Both the position numbers and the translations under genes were made by a program. Under the pieces are notes generated by a model, which did not search any database, had not been told where the DNA came from, and saw only the letters and a list, made by a program, of their open reading frames with translations. Positions 1 through 13,210 of a DNA stretch of 64,000 nt are shown in pieces. Origin of the DNA: Neodothiora populina (lineage: Eukaryota); the NCBI RefSeq assembly GCF_041146345.1, contig NW_027191404.1, positions 310,001 to 374,000 on the forward strand, in the 5' to 3' direction. The first letter of the stretch is position 1. Every line of letters begins with the position of its first letter.

Positions 1-487
1 TTTGTGGGCGTGGGGTAAATTGAGGCTCTCGGTCTTGTAATTTTTATTCTGTCTTTATTGTCTCGAACAGAGTTGCTCTGACGCGCTGGTGACTTAGGTA
101 GAGCTGTATGCCATGTCAAGGATAACGAGAGCTTACTGCGGTAAGATGATATCTGTAACTAGTACATCTGCGCAGGCTTCGTCATGAGCACCGGCTCCAG
201 TCCTGGGCTGGGCAGGTACACTTCGAAATTTGTGGTTCGGGACGACATTTAGGCGGTCCAGTACAAATCGTGGAGATCAGATCCTACTTATCTTTACATG
301 GTAACACGGAGCAGGTGAATGGTGTAGTTGGGCTTCAATCCCTACTGGTGAACCTTTCTTCAGCCCATACCATTCGTAGACCAAGGTATACACTACATAC
401 AGAGCATGTCACTTTTCAACTTGTGATGTCTTCCTTATCATTATACACGTACTTCTGTAACTGCGCACGAACACTCAGAGCTGCTCG

Positions 488-1971
488 TCACTCTCTCTTG
501 CGACCGCTCCTCGTTGTTTTCTTGAGTGGTTCAGCGGCCTTCTTGAGAGTTTCAGAGACCTTGCGCTGGCTACTCGCAGTTGGGGCAGCAAATCCTCCTC
601 TCGCGTGCTTCACAGGCTTTTCTGCTACAGCTTCCGCAGCCGCAGCGGCTTTACGCTTACTCGATATTGGCTGATTGTGAGTCTGTTGATGTGCATCTAG
701 ATTTCTCCCGTTCTTGTCATCCGAGTCTTGAGTAGTGGACTTTTCAGAACGTAGTTTAGCAGGCGGCGACGTATCGAGTTCGCCGCCAGCGGCAGGTTTC
801 GCATTGTCGTCCTCGAGCTTCGCGCGTTTGCTGATAGATTGCGATGCTTCTTCTGAAGACTCCTCGTCTCCATCTGCTGTACTTCCTCTAATCTCGTGGG
901 AAAGCATGGATCCTGTCTTCTTCCGTTTCCTTCCGGACTTCACTGTTGCCGGTTCTGCGACTTCCGAGACCTTTGCATGCGTTTGTGACGTAGGCTCAGA
1001 ATCCACAGTCGTGGAGGCATCATGCGCCTGTTCGTGGACTTCCAGATCTTCTGTCAAGTTTACCCCCTTCTGAGCCAGCCACTCTGTCATTGAAGGATCT
1101 CCGTCGCCGTCTGACACCTGGCCAAGCAAGGTGGAGGTAAGACTCTCTAACAGCTCCTCGCTAGGACCTCCGGCCCCTGACATCATCTGCATTATCGACT
1201 CCATGAATGCCCCTTGACTCGCGCCCCCTATGCCGCTTTCCGCCAGCTTCGCGGCTAAAAAGTCTTTCAGCAGGTCTGGAGGTAGATCACCGTCCGCAGC
1301 GGCTTCAATAGCTCCCTCCTCGTCGTCTTCCCAGTCGTCGTCAACATGCTGGTCATCGTCGCTGCTCGTTGTCGCATCACCATCAACAGACAGTGACAAA
1401 GCCGGCACCGTGAAGAATCCGCATGCATCTCTTAAGCGCTCCCTCCAGTCGGGTAGCAGAGCATATGAAGGAAGTGACTTGCTCGTCACAGGCCGGTCTT
1501 GCTCGATTTCGAAGTCGCGCGCATCTTTCGTCGATATCCAAAGGACTGGAGGAGCTCCTAGACTCTCGACCTTCCTCCGCTTGCCAAGTTTCGTACCGCC
1601 CTTGGTATCCTCTCTCTTTCGCTTGACACTCGCGTTCTGGATAGCGTCATCCAACACCACTTCTTGGTCGAAATAATCATCGTTGCCGTATTCGATGTCC
1701 TCAAAGTATTCGTATTTGTCGTAATCCCCCCAGAAATCGTCTAGAACCTCGTCAGGCCAAGCTGGCTGTGGCAACGCGTTACTGGCAAGTTCGTCCTGAT
1801 GATGTCTCGTCAGCATGAATGTGGATAGCTCATCGACGAGCGACAAAGGTCAGCTTGAATTGAAAGGAGAAGCTGCAAACTCACCGCGAGAGCCCAGCTC
1901 TCTTCCGCATATATGTAGTCCGGGTCTTCGTACATGAAATCATCATCGTCATAATCCCAGTCGTCGCCCAT
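488..1971 (-). CDS. Hypothetical acidic, low-complexity protein (~464 aa), probably nuclear; 2 exons (1885-1971, 488-1795)
   Basis: ATG at 1971 (MGDDWDYDDDDF...). Intron 1796-1884 has a GTGAGT donor, GCTGAC branch site and CAG acceptor, and joins ...WALA to DELASN... in frame with the 452-aa ORF. Several basic NLS-like clusters (KRKR, KRRK, GRKRKK). Confidence 0.75.
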
Positions 1972-2833
1972 CTTGCTCGTCGAGAAGAGATGAAAAAAGA
2001 TATCGCTCAGTGCGTGATCAGAGAATGTACTCCGTAACAGAAGAAGAACTGCCGAGAAAGATAAACAAAGGTGGTATATCAGGAGTCCCCCTGTGATGAA
2101 ATGGGGTAGGCAGCCAGTATACACAAACTCAAGGTGAATTCTAAGTAAGTGATGCTTCTGAAAGCAATGCAGCCAAGAGAAGTAAAACAATCTCCAGAAG
2201 AACGCTACCTGAAGCCAGGAAACTCTACATGCATTACAAAAAGAACGACTTGATGGGTCTATGTTCGGCGATTCGAGAAGAGAAAACTGGTAAGCCGGCG
2301 CCTCCAAAAACTCGTGTAGCTGCAGTGGAAGTAGCAAGTCGGATTCAAGCGAGGAGCGAAGTCTGCTTTGCCATGTGTGTTACAGGAGCAAACTCGATAT
2401 ATGTCGTGTCTTGCCACCTGTGTTGCATCCCAAGACTTGAGCTTCTTGTGCGTCTTCAGAACAGCGCGTGTATCATTCCACTGTTTTCATTCCTTCCTAA
2501 ACGTCTGTAACAGTTGACAAGGAAAAACCGGATCGGGAAGTGACGCTCTTGCCGGTCTGTGCCAGGGCGGAGAAGGCATGCTCGGCCATTGTTTACAAGG
2601 GTCCAATGACCATCCCCGCATCTCGGTTAGCTTCGGTTTGTATCAAGATACCTACTGTGACCTGACCATGATGGGAAGATAACTTGCTGCTTGGGTGCCA
2701 CTCTCTAGAAGACGAAGTAACGGCACCATGCGTCCTTCAAACCTTTACACCGGTGGAGCATTGCATATATTCCAACCACCGAGCCCGCTGTGGGAACAAA
2801 GTAAAGGTGGCATATGACTTTGAACACTCCAAA

Positions 2834-5008
2834 ATGCTCCGTGCCTTCAGGAAACTGCCACACTCGTCCCCCGTGATCCATAGGCGTTCCATCAGCGTCG
2901 TTGCAGCTGAAGCCTCGGAGCGTAAACCCTTGCGGTCCATACTGATAGCCAATCGAGGAGAGATAGCACTTCGTGTAGGACGAACAGCTGCAGAGTATGG
3001 TATCCGGACTACTACGCTCTACACCGACCCAGATGCACGGAGTCAGCATGCACTAAGTTCACATTTTGCCGTCAACCTGGGTGATACAAGCCAGTATCTA
3101 GATGGCGGCCGCATAGTCGGCGTTGCAAAAACATATGGCTGTGAAGCAATCCATCCTGGATATGGTTTCCTCAGTGAGAACGCAGCCTTCGCCAAGAGCT
3201 GCACCGAAGCAGGTATCATCTTCATCGGTCCGCCTTCCAAGGCTATAGAGGCTATGGGAAACAAGAGCCGCTCGAAAGACATCATGCTCGCTGCTGGTGT
3301 TCCTTGTATCCCTGGCTATCATGGCGCGGACCAAGATCCTCAGTACTTGATGGATCAAGCCCAAGACATTGGCTATCCCGTCTTGCTGAAAGCGGTGAAG
3401 GGCGGAGGTGGCAAAGGCATGCGTATCGCTCGGTCTGTCGATGATTTCTTGGAGCAACTTGCTTCTGCGAAATCTGAAGCGATGAGCTCGTTCGGCGATG
3501 ATGTTATGCTTGTTGAGAAATACATCACCACACCTCGTCACATTGAGGTTCAAGTCTTTGCTGACAAGCACGGCAACTGTCTAGCGCTTGGTGAGAGAGA
3601 CTGCAGTGTACAGAGAAGACACCAGAAGATCCTCGAGGAGTCACCAGCACCAGGTCTGGACGAAGAGGTGCGCCAGGATCTGTGGGAAAAGGCTCGCGCT
3701 GCGGCACTCGCCGTTGGTTACGAAGGCGCCGGCACAGTAGAGTTCATCTTCGACAACGATACTGGAGACTTCTTCTTCATGGAGATGAACACCCGCCTGC
3801 AAGTCGAGCACCCCGTGACAGAAATGGTTACAGGTGAAGATCTCGTTCATTGGCAGATCCTCGTCGCAGAGGGAGGTACCTTGCCTCTCACGCAAGACGA
3901 AGTACATGAGCGTATCAGGCAGCGCGGCCATGCTATCGAGGCTAGAATCTATGCCGAGAATCCTGACATGTGAGATATCTTTTGCGTTTGCCGAGTGACC
4001 ATACTGATATATGTAAGGAACTTTGTTCCGGATTCTGGTAAATTACTGCATTTGAGAACACCCAAGGCCACAAATACAGTCCGTATAGATGCTGGCTTCG
4101 TGGCGGGCGATGAAGTCACATCACACTACGATCCCATGATCGCTAAATTGATCGTACAAGGCCCGGATCGACGTACTACAATCCAGAAACTGAGGGTCGC
4201 ACTCGGTAATTACGAGATTGCAGGTCCAGTGACGAACATCGAATTCCTGAAGCGTATGTGCGTGAGTCCTTCCTTTGTAGCCGGCGATGTTGAGACAGGA
4301 TACATCCAGAAGAATCACGATGAACTCTTCGAGCCGAATCCAATCCCTGACGAGGCCTGGATGCAGGCTGCTATAGGCCTTTATCTATCAGAGCAAGGGC
4401 ACAGTGAGCCTCCGCTTGCCCGAGCACGCGAGGCGATAGGCTTCAGTCAGACATTCACACACCCAAGGACGTTTTCACTGCAAGAAGTCGCTGTCGACCC
4501 GTCGGATGGCAAACCGACCTCTGTCACTGTTGCTATCCAACAGCAGGGTCCACATACATTTTCGGCCACGATGTCAGATGGACAGCCTTTGCTGGTGATC
4601 AGCAAATTCGATCACTCTTCGACGATCCTTCAATCTTTCTTCCCTCACATAAGACTTGAGACAACGATCATCCGTAATCCAGACACGAACAGTCTGACTC
4701 TGTTCCAACAAGGTCGTCAATTCCGCTTTCAGCAGGAAGTACCAAAATGGGCAGAGAAAGCCCTCGGCATGAAGGACCTAACCAATAGCGTTGTAGCTCC
4801 AATGCCTTGCAAAGTACTACGAGTCGAGGTCGAGGAGGGCATTCAAGTCAAGAAGAACCAGCCATTGATTGTCATTGAGAGTATGAAGATGGAGACGGTC
4901 ATCAAAGCACCACATGATGGTACTATCAAGAAGATAGTGCACAAAGCCGGAGATCTCTGCAAGGCTGGGACTGCACTTGTCGAGTTCGAGGAAGAACACG
5001 ACTCCTAG
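2834..5008 (+). CDS. mccA: 3-methylcrotonyl-CoA carboxylase alpha (biotin-containing) subunit, mitochondrial (~708 aa); exons 2834-3969, 4018-5008
   Basis: Biotin carboxylase motifs [38 protein letters not shown] and [15 protein letters not shown]-terminal biotinyl domain ESMKME; Arg-rich presequence MLRAFRKL...; a 48-nt GT..AG intron (3970-4017) restores the frame. Confidence 0.9.
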
Positions 5009-5512
5009 GGCATAGTCTCGGCGTATTCACTCGGGCCGCGCCCATAGAGTTGGGCTTACCACCTCGCCCGGAGTAGGGTAGCCTTTACACAGTCCCACTA
5101 GAGGAATAGAGTTCTTCTGAGTCTTCCTACATGTTACTCCTGCTTACAATGATTTCGCAATTAGCATGAATGGTCTCGCGAATCCGCAATTGTCCTATGC
5201 ATTGCTCGGCAGATTTATAGAGACGTTGAAGCAATGGAGGTCTGAGCGTTGTGGGGATGAATTTCATTGCATCATAGTACGGAGATAGAGCGGAAGTAAG
5301 TCTCTCGCGTCATCATGAAATGTGATCTTAATAAGCCGAATTGTGTGCTGAGCAACGAGCTCCACACTTCGCAAGTGATACAAGAGCTCTATACCCCGCT
5401 CGTCTGCGATTATCAAGTTCGTACATATATGTTTCGAAGTCCTGTTCACCGTGTCCTTCAGACTGCAAGACAGCCTCAAACTAAGATCATACCAGAAACG
5501 CTAGTAAAAGAC

Positions 5513-6428
5513 ATGTCTCGACCTACCGGACTTATTGCAAACAAGGGCCTTGAGCTCTTGACCGCTGGCACTCCCAATGGCCACAAAGCCACGATCCTGC
5601 TCGAGGAGCTCAAGGCTGCATACGGCATAGACTATGTCTTCCAGGGCATCAACATCATGGAAAATATTCAGAAGGAGCCGTGGTTCACCAAGCTGGGACC
5701 CAATGGACGCATTCCCGTGCTTGTCGACCATGACAAGGACGGGCTCGCAATCCAAGAGGGCGCGGCTATCTTGTCGTACTTGACCAGAAACTATGATCCC
5801 GAGCACAAGTTTTCGTTTGCCAGTGATCCTGAGCTGTCAAAGTCCGAGCAATGGGTTGGTAAGTAGAGAAAGACATGTTCGGACTATCCAAGGAATGACA
5901 AGCTGACGAACCTCCAGCGTGGCAGCATGGTGGTCTCGGTCCTATGCAAGGCCAAGCGAACCACTTCTATCGCTTCACCAAGGAGCGCATTCCTTATCCC
6001 ACTCAGGTATGAGACTTCTGTCGTTCTGTGTGACACAAGTCTTCCGTGACTGACATTATCTAAAGCGTTATGTTGGCGAGACCGAGCGTCTATACGGTGT
6101 CCTTGACAAGCAGCTTTCGGAGAACGAGTATCTTGTTGGCAACAAGTACAGCATCGCTGATATCGCGAACTTCTCCTGGGTCAATGTCTCGAACTTTGCA
6201 GGTATAGACTTGAAGCAATTCCCGAACCTCGAGAAGTGGTGGAAGAGGATCAACGAGCGTCCCGCCGTGAAGAAGGGTACTGCTGTGCCTTCCGAAAGCC
6301 AAATTGTCAACGAGGGCTACCAAAAGAGACTCAAGTCTGAGCCAGACTTCAAGCAAAAGGAGGATGAACTCAAAGAGCATATGCTCAAGGCTAAGGAGCA
6401 GTACAATTACAAGTACTCGAGTCCATAG
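5513..6428 (+). CDS. Glutathione S-transferase, Ure2/GstA-like (~265 aa); exons 5513-5858, 5918-6006, 6066-6428
   Basis: [38 protein letters not shown] and YSIADIA motifs; two GT..AG introns (5859-5917, 6007-6065) keep the frame. Confidence 0.9.
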
Positions 6429-7783
6429 ATGTAGGCGGTCTGTCCGACAGCATTGTTTCAGACAGGCGATTCGTCAGAGGTGATGTATGTAGACCGAACT
6501 AAAACATGAGTAAATGATATACCAAACGAAAGCGAAGTTCTCCCATGATTTTCTCCATCGGGGAAAAGAGTACAGCCGGCAAAGTCGGTATAACAGAAGT
6601 ACCGTCGTACAGAGACCTTTTGTCCAGTGAAGTATCTTTGTCTAGCGGCAGAACACGGTAGCGTAGTAAAAATCCAGGGTTCGGCCCGCTCCCATCATAC
6701 CAGACCCTTTAAACACACGGAGCTAGCAAGGGTCTCACTGGACGGCTGCACGTCGCAAAACCTCGAGTCGTCACCTTGATGTTGCCGAAGACGGGTGCCA
6801 AGGTATCTTGCTTGCGTCTTCTCGATGCTTTTTGTACAAGTACCTCAGGTGCAAAGTATATCATCGTATCTTGATAGACCTGGTGGCGTTATCACGCACG
6901 GTCGTCAGGCTTTTTACTCACACCGCCGTTAACCAACCTTGGAAATCCATCTTTTCTGCTGAGATGGCAGCGTCATACAGAAATGGAGATGGATGAAGAA
7001 TAGGTCATTGTGCCATGAAAACCCAATGCGGAGTCATATGGCGATCTGTGGCTGCCTGCGTGCTGGGTCACAGCCAATCTTGGGACACCGGACAGAGTAC
7101 GCGTGAAGGAGGGCCAACCGCCTGCACACCCTCAAGCCCAAAATGGTCCGGTGTTGCGCCTTACTCATACGATTGGATCGAAAGCTCACAAAGAACCAAA
7201 GGGCTGCCTTCGAACTCGCAGGCAACTAACTGTATGTGTGTGTACCATCGTCTTGTCGAATCGGCGCCTTTACCAACCTGCACGATGTTGTGCGTAGATT
7301 GTTGATTGTTTATGACGACGTTGCGCGTTACAGCCGGGCGCTCGAGGGTAGATTTGTTATGATCCAGCGCTGCTCAACGTCCGAGTCCGAAGGCAACGAT
7401 TGATCTTCAAAGGGACACGATGACTCCCCGCACTGAGTCGTAGGTCATTTGCTGTGTCCAAGCGGCTAATGTATTACTATATGCATTCACGAGCCGAGTA
7501 TGCGCTAGTGACTTGGCCCAGACTCAGATCATAGCGTGCATCATGCAGCGGTGTGTAGCCCGTTCCTCACAAGGGTACTTTTTGATAGCACTATTCCATC
7601 TACCCTCGCGACTCTCTTCCTTTGTATATATCTCTCACTTCCCTCGACCGATGGGCGGCCGAGTTTCCTGTCTTTTCAGTTTCTTCTGGAGTGATATATC
7701 AACTGTCCCTACCACGGTCTATCTGCCACATCATCCACCAACAACAAACACATATTCCCACAACCACCCCCCAGCAACAACTA

Positions 7784-8407
7784 ATGTCCAAATCCGATTC
7801 CACGCCGAGACTTTCCCGCAGACCAACATGGCCTTCGTTAAATCTATTGACGCCTACAATGTCAAAAGCCAAACCACAAGCAAACAATCAACTATCAGAC
7901 TTGGACATCGATGACGATCCCTTCTCTCACTTCCTGTCTCCAGTCCTGGACGATGACGATCCCTTCGATGATGATGAGTTCTCTGCCGGCATCAACACTT
8001 ACGAGGACGAAGTCGAGTCAAAACGATCAAACTTCCGCACCCGAATAGGCGAGAAATGGGATAGTCTCATCAAGCAACGACAAAGACCTCGCACCCCACC
8101 GGACGAGGATCAACTACCAGATCTCGAGATGGACGATGTGGACATGTCCAAATCGCCACTGAGTTCGCCACCAGATCTGAATATGCTCGAACAAGAGCTT
8201 GATGGCTGGGAAGCTGATCGCCTGCGTCAACGTCGCACATTCGGCTCACCCTTGCAACGACCGATGTTGAAGACGAGTCGTACGCTTTCGGGAAGAAAGC
8301 ATTCTTGGGCTGAGCCGAGTCCGACATTGTGGAACATCGACGAAGACGATGAGGCCGAGGCGGTTCGACCGACGGAGCGCGGTCGTGGCCGCCGACGAGA
8401 GCGATGA
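7784..8407 (+). CDS. Hypothetical fungal protein (~207 aa), acidic and low-complexity
   Basis: Single-exon ORF from ATG 7784 with protein-like composition (RRPTWPS, DDDPFSHFLSP, RTLSGRKHSWAEPS). No domain recognised. Confidence 0.65.
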   Translation: MSKSDSTPRLSRRPTWPSLNLLTPTMSKAKPQANNQLSDLDIDDDPFSHFLSPVLDDDDPFDDDEFSAGINTYEDEVESKRSNFRTRIGEKWDSLIKQRQRPRTPPDEDQLPDLEMDDVDMSKSPLSSPPDLNMLEQELDGWEADRLRQRRTFGSPLQRPMLKTSRTLSGRKHSWAEPSPTLWNIDEDDEAEAVRPTERGRGRRRER

Positions 8408-11400
8408 TCTGAAGCTTGCGAGAGAGGGCGCTTAAGCGATCTCCGCCGAATGACAGATTGTATCGCATGTGTTTTATTGGGTTACGGCGTCACTACTGGA
8501 TCTCGAGGCATCTTTGCGCATTTTTCCTCTCTTTTACCCCTCACACAACCACACACACTCACATACCCTTGTCGTTGCTCTTTGCTGCACGGCAGTTGCA
8601 TAAATTGGCGTTTTTGTTTTCATATTTTCACCAAACCTTGGGCTTATCACAAGATCGAAGCCCACATCTCTCCGCCAATGGAGGAGACACGACATGAGCA
8701 GCTAGAAGGAGGTCGAACTAGTCGCCAGTCCACCAGTGAGAAGTGCACAGTACCAACGCTGTGCTATTTTTCCAGCTTTATATTTGCATTACTCGTCTCA
8801 ACACTCATTTTGTATCATTGCGATTACAGCCAATCTCTATACCATATCATCAGATGAGTATGAGCTCTTTTAGGCTCATGCATTTGAAGCCACTCTGACC
8901 CGTCGTCGCCTTTTTCTCATGTCGTCCCACCCAACTTACCCAAAGTGAACGTAAGCGTCTATCAGGCCCCGTCACCTCGTGTGTGCGTGTGCGTGTATAG
9001 CACCGTGACCGCATGCACCCCGCTACGCGGCAGCACATCCTGTGCGACCTGCACGTCGCCGTCTCGAGGGGATTCACAAGTGATACTCTCTCATAGGATG
9101 CGTGCGTGTAGCCTCATCCCGTGAAATCGTATAGGCTAACACTTGACGAGATAGACTCACCACTGCGTTTCCCATCGGGAGCAAAGGCCTGTGTTATCGG
9201 CGATATCGTAGAACGAAATGGGCGGCTGACATGGTCGCGTATACGCGGCTTTTTTTTCGCTTTTCCTCTTTTCCTTATCGCGACAAAGCTTTCCACGGTC
9301 CAATGACTGCTGTCGGAGCTATTGTGTATCTACAGTACAAGTACAGTATGAGCGTGACCACCCTCCGGAGGCGTTCCTTTCGAGTCCATTTCCTCAATGC
9401 AGCAATTGACCCGTCTATTCCCGGCCGCCGCGTTATAGCAATGATCGCTTAAGGTGTATATATATGAAGGGGTAAAGAAACTTAAAATCGCATGCACGTG
9501 CTCTCTCTCGAGCCGTTGAGGGTCTGTTGTGGCTCGGGTGTCTGTGTGCTACCACTAACTGTCCCTAAGATACGCATCGACGTTGAATACTAGTGCTACT
9601 TTGTCCGTAATAGGGTTTCCCGTCTTCAGCAATCAGTATCAACACTGCATCTGAAACAAATGTATCCCTTCCTGTTCACGGGGTCGGAGTGTTTGGGCGA
9701 ACGTGGGGGAAGGCGTCTATACTACGGTTGAGGTATATGTATCAGAAGGTCCGCTTGATCCGCAGCATTGTTTGGCTTCGGTAGTATTGTCCTAGTATAG
9801 CAAATTCTAAGGTGGTCATCGTGGTCTAATGTCACCTGTACCTTGTTTCTCTGATCCTTGAAGTCCATCACAATCCCCATCACCGCTACGTGTGTTTCAG
9901 CGTCGATCAGGTGTCTTGCTTGACAACCGGCCCGTAATCAGATGTTCGTTGATAAGCTCCGAGCTTCGGAAGATCGCAATGACTTCATCTCCAACTTATC
10001 ACAACCACTTGAGCGACGACCATGTGGGAAGCCAAGGAAGGGTGCTCTCCGTACTGTACTTTACAGTGCCCTGACAGCGGATGGAAGCACTGTAACACGA
10101 AAAGGGTGGATACGCTCTAAGAGGAGCTCGTCGCTACAAGTCCCTGCCCCGCCGCCGGCCTGTAGCCGTCCTAGGGTCGAAGCTACGGCACCTTGTCCAT
10201 CTGTGTATTATCGCGCGCCCGCACTAGACCAGTCGGCCCCTTCCTTTTAGCACTAACCAAGTCTACGAATAGACAAAGACCCTGTTCATCCTTGCACATC
10301 ATATCGACGATCGATACCTCATCGGGCGGAAGTGCATGCATTAGATTTGGAGTCCGTCTCTGATGCAGCTAGGTAAGTAGAGCAAGTCCATGCTTCTCTT
10401 GAAGTGCAAGAAGCACCAGTGCACCCCGAACACACAGTCCACGCGCTCTTTGACATTGAAAGCTTGATACAGAAAGAAATGGTATGTGTGTGTGTGGGGA
10501 CATTTAAATTGTGGATCTCGCATCTCATGACCAAAGCGTTCCTCTCGTGGTCTGAGAGACTCTCAACCCACGGCCAAGGTAAATTCAACAACCACCGATA
10601 GCGTAGAAGCGAAATGTAATGTCTCGTGTTATCTGCCAAGTCCTTTATCATCTGAGGAGAGGATGATCATCTTTTCCCACGATTTCCAGCACTCGTCGGC
10701 TATTCTGTCATCTTAGCAGGAAGCCATGTTACTCGTGCGTGGATACGACGACATAAATTCCGGCTCTGCGAATACAAAGCACAAAAGATCGAGAGGATCG
10801 AGTAAAGTACACAACTCTGCATTGCGTATGTCGGATACTCTCGTCGCTTACACTGGCTTGTCCTGGTCGCTTGAAGAATCTCTATGCAAAAAGAGCCTAC
10901 CTTGCCTCAGCTAGCTACCCTTGGAACCTATTTCCCTTTTCTTGCCGTTCTTTGCTTCCTCAATCGCTGCAGGGCGTGCATGCACGTACCGTAGTAGTAA
11001 AGTAGTAAAGTACTGTAGTACCTTTGTAGTAGCGGACTCTTTGCAATGCACAACCCATCTTCACATGTTCTTCCATCCACATACCCGGACTTGCCTCCAC
11101 CACGAGGGCTAGCTAGCGTTTCAGTGCCCTAAATGATTTCTTCTTGTCGTACATTAGCCGATTGAAGGATCACAGTATGTACAGGTACGGACAAGGGGAG
11201 GGTGGGGGAGGGGCTGGAAGATCTTGGGATGCTGCAAAGGGCGGTGTGCGAAGCTTCTTGCATCCGGGAATGGGAGCTTTTTCTTTGGCCTTCAAGCATG
11301 TGATCCTCGGACAAGTCTCCAACCGTACTGTCTAGTGGCATTCTTTCGAATCTATGATTGTCATTGTAAAGTATAGTGATGGCCCTTTTCAACTGAGTTC

Positions 11401-11858
11401 TGAGGGTGACATTCCATGTGTGGGCCATGATCAAATAAAACACAGCCACGCGCTTCTTCTTCCCTGGCGTGTACTTCGTCGACGCCGGACTTGAGCCCAT
11501 CGTTGACTGGTTTGGTGGTGGGGTGGGTGATCGGGGGTAATGTTGTAACGCTATTTTATCGCGATCCCATCAGATCTGCTGCTTCTTATAGTGCAAATGA
11601 CGGAAGTCATTTATTTCCTGTCAAGTGGATCCGGCATTGGGTTGTTCGTGAGGTCATTTTTCCAGTGACGCTCTTCTACAGGCAGGAAAAGTCCTACTGA
11701 GCGCGATCGAGAAGACAAAGGCAGACCTGTCAAGAGTCATGACCTCTCATCGTGGAATACGAATGGACTTGAAGATGATCTGATGACTAATACGAAACTT
11801 CCTCCACACGTGCATCCGACTGAGGGTGGATGTCACGATTTGATGACCACGATCTCTC

Positions 11859-13210
11859 TCACCGCGTCGACTCCCGAGAAGTCTTCAAATCTTCTGCCAG
11901 AGATTCTTCGAAAAGCTTCACCGCGTCCTCGTTCTGCTTGTTCAGATCCGCGTTGTTTGTGAAGGCAGCAGACTTGCCCATGAACTGCTTCATCTTCATA
12001 GGGTTGTCTTCCACGCCTGGCAGTGCAAAGTCGTACAGACGGCCGAAGTCACACGCGATCTCGACGACCCTCTGCGAGCGCGGCCGTCTGATCGTATCAT
12101 ATGCTGCCAACGCCTTACTGACTTGTGACAAGGCCGTTACCTTGGAGAAGAGCGCGGTCAGGACGGCGGCGTCTTCGATGGCTTGTGCGGCACCGTTACC
12201 AGCAAACGGCATGCAGGCATGTGCAGCATCGCCTATCATGCAGATATTGCGGCGCGCATAGTAAGGCGCGTGTTTGTGCTGCTGTAGAGCCCAAGTCGTG
12301 TTGGGACCCTCAGCTACAAGCTGTGTCAGATGTTAATATGGGTACCTTGATGCCCAACGATGGACGAGTGATGACCTACCTCTGCTCCTGCCTTGGCGTC
12401 CTCACGATAGTCCTTGAAGTAGGACTTGTCAAACTCTGTGTTGTCTTCTCCTTCGCCAGCGATCCCCGTGCGAGTCACGCATTGGATACTCAACGTTTTC
12501 CCTTGATGGAGAGGCATCGTATTGACATGGCCTTCTCTTCCGCACAGGATTGAGACCGTCTTCTTCCACTTAGGATCGATCGTCTTCATGGCAACGTCCA
12601 TTGGCACCTGCCTCGAATGCACTCGCCAGCCTTCGGGGTTGCTTGTTCCGAGAGCGGGATGACCTTCGCCGAGTAGGTACTTTCGAGTGCAACTGTGTAC
12701 ACCATCACAGCCGATGAGGACGTCTGTTTCTACCGTAGACCCATCCTTGAAGGTTAGCTGTATTTTGCCCTTTTCACTCTCCTTTATATCGCCCAATCTT
12801 TTCCCAAAGGTCAATCGATCCTTGGAAACCAGTGAAGCAAAGCCTTGAAGCAAGTCTGATCGTGCAACGGTTCTCCTACCTTTCGCACGACCCAGCTCTG
12901 CAACCAACTCGCCAGTGTTGGGTCCACTGACCAAGCGGACCTCTGTGACCATTTCTTCGTCCTCCTCTTCGGCGATCATCAGAGCCTTGGAGAAATAGGC
13001 TTTCTTCACGGCAGGGTCGATCAAATCCATTGCGGTTATGGCATTTTTATGCAAGGCGAGACCGGCACCAATGTCTGCATATCCATCTACACCTTCATAG
13101 ACCTGTACATCGAGCAGAGGCTGCTTCGCAAGTCCAACGGCGAGCGCAAGGCCCCCGATACCTCCCCCTGCAATAGCAACCTTGATCCTTGAGTCTTCTG
13201 AATGAGGCAT
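11859..13210 (-). CDS. FAD-dependent monooxygenase, salicylate hydroxylase-like (~430 aa); exons 12380-13210, 11859-12320
   Basis: The three flavoprotein hydroxylase fingerprints are present: IAGGGIGG, LIGCDGVHS and MIGDAAHACMPFAGNGAAQAIEDA. A phase-0 intron at 12321-12379 (GTAGGT...CTGAC..CAG) joins the two ORFs. Confidence 0.9.

Noticed and set aside
11780..11800. CTGATGA...GAAAC resembling a hammerhead ribozyme core, or a C/D snoRNA using the CTGA at ~11820
   Set aside because: Stem II cannot pair (CTAATAC), no matching stem III or NUH site was found, and the C-to-D spacing is too short for a snoRNA.
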